Shown here in pieces: positions 27,502 to 32,000 of a DNA stretch of 32,000 nt. The DNA lies in NCBI RefSeq assembly GCF_000039765.1, contig NC_004459.3:1410001-1442000 (forward strand). The letters run 5' to 3'. The stretch is from Vibrio vulnificus CMCP6 (GTDB lineage Bacteria > Pseudomonadota > Gammaproteobacteria > Enterobacterales > Vibrionaceae). The notes under the pieces are model-generated. The model was not told the origin of the DNA, made no database searches, and saw only the letters and a program-made list of their open reading frames with translations. Made by a program: the position numbers and the translations under genes. The stretch's first letter is position 1; each line of letters starts with the position of its first letter.

Positions 27502-30500
27502 GTGATTTCTGGTTTTACCCTATTTTGGCGAGCGGTGTTGTGGTTATTAGTCACCCTCTTGTTGCTGCTCGCCATCTTGGTCACTGGGCTGCGCATTGCG
27601 TTGCCGCAGATGAACCAATTTCAAGATGAAATCAAAACCTGGGTCAAGCAGGGCACCGGGTTGGATGTCTCTATTTCCAGTGTTTCGGGTTCTTGGCGTA
27701 ATAGCCATCCTTCGGTCGCTCTTCAGGGCTTTGAAGCCTTCTTACCTGGAGAGAAAAAGGTCAATATTTCCGTTGATGAAGTGCATATTGAGTTTGACCT
27801 GCTGGAATCTATTCTGCGTCTGCAACCTGTGGTCGCCAATCTCAATATGAGTGGTTTAGCGCTCGACATTCGCTCGATAGAGCTTGTCGCCGCTGAAGGT
27901 CCTCCTACTCGAGAAGCCTCTTCTGAATCGCAAGAATCGTCTAACTTAATCAAGCAACTGGATAATCTTTTGCTGCGTCAGTTAGAAGAGTTCTCCGTCA
28001 CGCAATCTAAAATCTGGTACCAATCGGTGTCGGGCGAAAACCGCCGTCTTGATATTGACCGTTTACGCTGGCGCAATCAAGGTGCGCACCATTTAGCGGA
28101 AGGCGTGGTGAGTGTTGCTGGGACCAATCTCAATGCTTTGTTAGTGAGTGCCAACTTTGTTGACCACGGCTCTTTGTTAGATGTCAGCGGAGAGTTTTAC
28201 GTCAATGCTGAAGAGATCGCGGTTACCCAATGGTTAACGCGCTATGTCAAGAAAGAGACGGGGATTGATTCTGGCAAGATCAGTTTGAAATCTTGGTTGA
28301 CGTTGCAACATTCTCAGCCACGCTATGCGTTTGTCGAATTGCTGCCATCTGAGTTGAGCTGGACGGAAAATGGCCAACATGAGCTCACTCTGGAGTCTGG
28401 TATTTTAAAACTCTCTCCCGATGGAGAAGGCTGGAAGGTGAGTGGTCATTCACTGACACTCCGTACCGATGAGATTGAATGGCCTCAATTGGACATTGCC
28501 TTTGATTGGCAACCACAAGGATGGAAGCTCAACTTATCCCAATTGAGTCTTGAAGCGCTGCTGCCGATGGCCAAGTTGTTACCCGACTCTGATCAAACCA
28601 CCCAAATACTGCAAAAACTGCAGCCAAGTGGCACGGTGGAAGATATCCGTGTGGCTATGTCAGGCAGTGATCTGGATTCATTACGTTATTCTGCAGAACT
28701 AGACAGTTTGGCGATGCAGCAGTGGGATTTGCTGCCGGGCTTTCATCATGTCAGTGGGACGCTGTTTGGTGACGTGACGCAAGCCAAAGCATCGATGTCA
28801 GTGATTGATGATGTTTTCCCTTATGGCGAGGTATTTCAAGCCCCACTTAATATCAAGCAAGGACAAGTGGATATTGTTTGGCAGAACGATCAAAACGGTT
28901 GGCGCTTATGGGCCGACAAAGTGACGGCAGCAACACCGGATCTTCAGGTGTTGGGGGCGTTTCGTCTTGATTTTCCAAAAGACAAGAGCCCGTTTTTGTC
29001 CTTTTATGCCGAGGCCGATGCGTATAACGTCGGTGAAACGTGGCGCTATTTACCCACCTTAGCGTTAGGACGGGAGTTAACGGACTACCTTTCTACGGCC
29101 ATTCAAGGCGGCAAGGTCAATACCGCGAAGCTGCTTTGGTATGGTGAACTGGCGGATTTCCCTTACACCAAAAATGACGGCATGTTCCAAGCTTGGGTCG
29201 GCTTAAAACAAGGCAAATTCAGCTTTGATACCGCTTGGCCGCCCATTACCGATTTGCAACTGGATCTGCTATTCCAAAATGACGCCATGTATTTGGATTC
29301 CAAATCTGCCACGCTAAAAGATGTCAAAGCGAGCCGAATTACTGGCCGTATTCCTGAATTAGCGGAAGGTGGACATATTGAGATTGAAGCGAAAGCGACC
29401 GCCGCAGGTAATGCTGTGCGTGACTACATGACCGCCACGCCGCTGGTGGATTCGGTGGGTGCGGCGCTGACGGCGCTACAAGTACAAGGGCCCGTCAAGT
29501 CTGAGTTCCAACTGAATATTCCGTTTACCAGTGACAAAGAACCACGAGCATGGGGATACGCTGAACTGGCGGGCAATCGTGTCGACATTGATGCACCGCC
29601 AATGACGCTGGAAAAAGTCTCGGGAAGGATTGAATTTGACAATGATGTGGTTAAAGCCTCTGGGCTTTCCGCTCGTTTGTTAAAGCAACCCATTGCCATC
29701 GATTTTGCTGGAGAAAGTGCAGATTACGGCTATAGCGTGGTGATCAACACCTTGGCGGATTGGGATGTAAAACCGTTGGTGCCTTACGTGGGTGAGCAAT
29801 GGTTAGGCCGACTTTCTGGTCACGCGCCTTGGACCATGGATATCGATCTGCAATTAAACGATGTTGGCTTTACCTACCAAGTCGACCTTAATGCCAAGTT
29901 GAACAGCGTTGCAAGCCGATACCCCTATCCACTGAATAAGAATGTTGGCGAAGCGTGGCAAGCTCGCATGCAGGCTTCGGGCAATCAAGAGTCGATCACT
30001 GCACGTTTGCAAATGCCCAATGCCAAGTACCAAACGGAAATTGATATTACGGGCAAAGTGCCTGTGTTGAGTGCAACCAACCTGGTGCTGGGCAGTGGTG
30101 GCTTCAAAATTAGCCCAGTGGTGGGCCACCATGCCTTGATTCGTACCGAATACTTTGACCTCGACCAATGGCTGAGTGTGTTGAGTCAACCGCCAAAAGG
30201 CGCGACATCGAAACTGGCACAAATGGATACGCCAGAGATTCCATTGCCTACACGTATCAAAGTCGAAACGCCAACCTTAATGCTCAGTGGCATCGAGTTT
30301 CATGATGTGGATTTCTCGGCACGGAAGAAAAATCTCAATTGGCAGTTCAACCTGAAAAGCCAAGAGGCTGTAGGACAGGCGAACTACCTTGAACCTTACG
30401 ACTTGGCGGTATCATTAGAGCGTTTGCATCTTTATGTACCAGGGTTGGATGAGAAGAAAGCGCAGGGTGAGTCCTTACTTACCGCGGAGAGTCCGGAAGC

Positions 30501-31389
30501 GCCATTGATCAGTCAGTTTGATCGCGAATTTCATCAACTGATGCCAAACTTAACACTGAACATCGATGATTTTTGGTTGCAGGGCTACAAAGTTGGCAAG
30601 GTGAACATTGATTTGCAGCGGCAAGGCAAAGCTTTGGTGTGGAAAAATATTTCACTGGTCAGTGGCTCAAATCGCGTGGATGTGAATGGCGACTGGACAT
30701 TGGATGGGGAAACCAGTCAATCGCGCATGAATCTCAAGGTGAAAAGTGATAACAACAGCGATTTGATGGAGCGATTTGGTATTACCTCCGGCATTCAAAA
30801 AGCGCCGTTTGAAATCACCTCACAAGTGATTTGGGATGGAGCGCCTTGGTCGATGCGGGTAAATACGCTCGATGGTGATGTGCAAACCGAATTTGGCAAA
30901 GGCATCATTACTGACGTGAGCGGCGCGGCTCGTTTGTTGGGACTATTTAGTCTCGATTCCATCATTCGTAAAATGCAGCTCGATTTTACCGATGTGTTCG
31001 ACAAAGGCATGGCGTTTAACTCGATTAAAGGCACGGGTAAGATCCAAGATGGCGTGTTTGTGACCAATGATATTGAGATGGATGCCTTAGCGGGTGCGAT
31101 GAAAATTCGCGGGCTTGCCAACATGGTGACTCGAACGGTAGACGCGGAAGTGCAGTTTACTCCAGATATTACCTCTGGCATCCCGATGTTGACGGCGTTT
31201 GCGGTTGCGCCACAAACGGCACTCTACGTGTTGGCGATTTCCACCGTGATTTCGCCGGTTGTGGAAGTGTTTACCCAAGTTAACTATTCCGTCAAAGGGC
31301 CGCTTGACTATCCAACGGTCAGTGAAATTTCGCGTAGCCGTGGTGAGTTTGAACTCCCAGAAAAACTGCGCAAAGAAGCGCAAGAATAA
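27502..31389 (+). CDS. yhdP: YhdP, AsmA/TamB-like envelope protein
   Basis: 1295 aa; N-terminal TM (FWRAVLWLLVTLLLLLAILVTGLRIALP), AsmA-like repeats and conserved C-terminus (NSIKGTGKIQDGVFVTNDIEMDALAGAMKIRGLANMVTRTVDAEVQFTPDI); between rng and a nitrilase gene. GTG start. Confidence 0.93.
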   Translation: MISGFTLFWRAVLWLLVTLLLLLAILVTGLRIALPQMNQFQDEIKTWVKQGTGLDVSISSVSGSWRNSHPSVALQGFEAFLPGEKKVNISVDEVHIEFDLLESILRLQPVVANLNMSGLALDIRSIELVAAEGPPTREASSESQESSNLIKQLDNLLLRQLEEFSVTQSKIWYQSVSGENRRLDIDRLRWRNQGAHHLAEGVVSVAGTNLNALLVSANFVDHGSLLDVSGEFYVNAEEIAVTQWLTRYVKKETGIDSGKISLKSWLTLQHSQPRYAFVELLPSELSWTENGQHELTLESGILKLSPDGEGWKVSGHSLTLRTDEIEWPQLDIAFDWQPQGWKLNLSQLSLEALLPMAKLLPDSDQTTQILQKLQPSGTVEDIRVAMSGSDLDSLRYSAELDSLAMQQWDLLPGFHHVSGTLFGDVTQAKASMSVIDDVFPYGEVFQAPLNIKQGQVDIVWQNDQNGWRLWADKVTAATPDLQVLGAFRLDFPKDKSPFLSFYAEADAYNVGETWRYLPTLALGRELTDYLSTAIQGGKVNTAKLLWYGELADFPYTKNDGMFQAWVGLKQGKFSFDTAWPPITDLQLDLLFQNDAMYLDSKSATLKDVKASRITGRIPELAEGGHIEIEAKATAAGNAVRDYMTATPLVDSVGAALTALQVQGPVKSEFQLNIPFTSDKEPRAWGYAELAGNRVDIDAPPMTLEKVSGRIEFDNDVVKASGLSARLLKQPIAIDFAGESADYGYSVVINTLADWDVKPLVPYVGEQWLGRLSGHAPWTMDIDLQLNDVGFTYQVDLNAKLNSVASRYPYPLNKNVGEAWQARMQASGNQESITARLQMPNAKYQTEIDITGKVPVLSATNLVLGSGGFKISPVVGHHALIRTEYFDLDQWLSVLSQPPKGATSKLAQMDTPEIPLPTRIKVETPTLMLSGIEFHDVDFSARKKNLNWQFNLKSQEAVGQANYLEPYDLAVSLERLHLYVPGLDEKKAQGESLLTAESPEAPLISQFDREFHQLMPNLTLNIDDFWLQGYKVGKVNIDLQRQGKALVWKNISLVSGSNRVDVNGDWTLDGETSQSRMNLKVKSDNNSDLMERFGITSGIQKAPFEITSQVIWDGAPWSMRVNTLDGDVQTEFGKGIITDVSGAARLLGLFSLDSIIRKMQLDFTDVFDKGMAFNSIKGTGKIQDGVFVTNDIEMDALAGAMKIRGLANMVTRTVDAEVQFTPDITSGIPMLTAFAVAPQTALYVLAISTVISPVVEVFTQVNYSVKGPLDYPTVSEISRSRGEFELPEKLRKEAQE

Positions 31390-31396
31390 GGAGCGA

Positions 31397-32000
31397 ATGA
31401 TGGAAAGGATTGCCATTATTCAAATGACGTCGACGTCAGACTGTACAGACAATGTGGCTTATATTGAGCATTGGGCAGAGCAGGCGGCCCTTCTAGGGGC
31501 AAGTTTGGTGGTGACCCCAGAAAACGCCTTGCTGTTTGGTGGCAGAGAGGATTACCACCAGCATGCCGAACCGCTTGGTAATGGCCCATTGCAACAGGCC
31601 ATGGCGCAGCTTGCCAAACGGCTGGCAGTGACCCTGGTGATTGGCAGCATGCCGATTCGCCAAGGGCATGACGTTACCACTACCAGCTTGGTTTTTGGCC
31701 CCAATGGCGAACGTCTTGGTCATTACAGCAAGCTGCACATGTTTGATGTGGAGGTCAGCGATGGCCATGGGCATTACCGTGAATCAGACAGCTTTTTGGC
31801 TGGCGATCGCAGCAGTGTGGTGGCCACGCCCATAGGCCGTTTAGGGCTTTCCATTTGCTACGATGTTCGCTTTCCGGCGTTGTACCAAACACTACGTCAA
31901 AAGGGAGCCGATATTTTGTTGGTGCCCGCGGCGTTTACTGCGGTGACTGGAGAGGCGCATTGGGAAATACTCTTGCGCGCTCGAGCGATAGAAAATCAGT
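31397..32000 (+). CDS. Nitrilase/carbon-nitrogen hydrolase family protein, partial (runs off the window)
   Basis: MMERIAIIQMTSTSDCTDNVAYIEHWAEQAALLGASLVVTPENALLF...HYSKLHMFDVEV...GLSICYDVRFPALY: Glu-Lys-Cys catalytic triad. Open to base 32000. ATG 31397 or 31400. Confidence 0.92.
   Translation, partial: MMERIAIIQMTSTSDCTDNVAYIEHWAEQAALLGASLVVTPENALLFGGREDYHQHAEPLGNGPLQQAMAQLAKRLAVTLVIGSMPIRQGHDVTTTSLVFGPNGERLGHYSKLHMFDVEVSDGHGHYRESDSFLAGDRSSVVATPIGRLGLSICYDVRFPALYQTLRQKGADILLVPAAFTAVTGEAHWEILLRARAIENQ

Noticed and set aside
29854-31181. Minus-strand ORFs of 122 and 128 aa antisense to yhdP
   Set aside because: Overlap a conserved 1295-aa CDS and have no recognisable domain; treated as chance ORFs.

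Overview
The window is a 32 kb Vibrio-type chromosomal segment (species not determinable by eye; synteny and proteins resemble the V. cholerae uvrA-msh-mre region). It holds uvrA (partial, minus strand), galU, a LuxR-family regulator in the qstR position, and ssb. These are followed by a complete MSHA type IV pilus locus (csrD/mshH, mshI, J, K, L, M, N, E, G, F, B, A, C, D, O, P, Q), then mreBCD, maf/yhdE, rng, yhdP and a partial nitrilase-family gene. Every long coding stretch is explained by a known family. I see no tRNA, rRNA, CRISPR array, transposase or phage module, and no convincing new multi-gene system. The observations most worth follow-up are: the large MshQ with an uncharacterised N-terminal half of apparently different base composition; an intrinsic terminator between mshA and mshC inside the structural pilin operon; hairpins in the mshQ-mreB and mreB-mreC gaps; a LexA-box-like site just downstream of the galU terminator; tandem c-di-GMP-type MshEN motifs in MshE next to a degenerate GGDEF/EAL protein; and MshP, a pilin-like protein lacking the canonical Glu5. 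All calls come from reading the sequence and translations; no database search was run.
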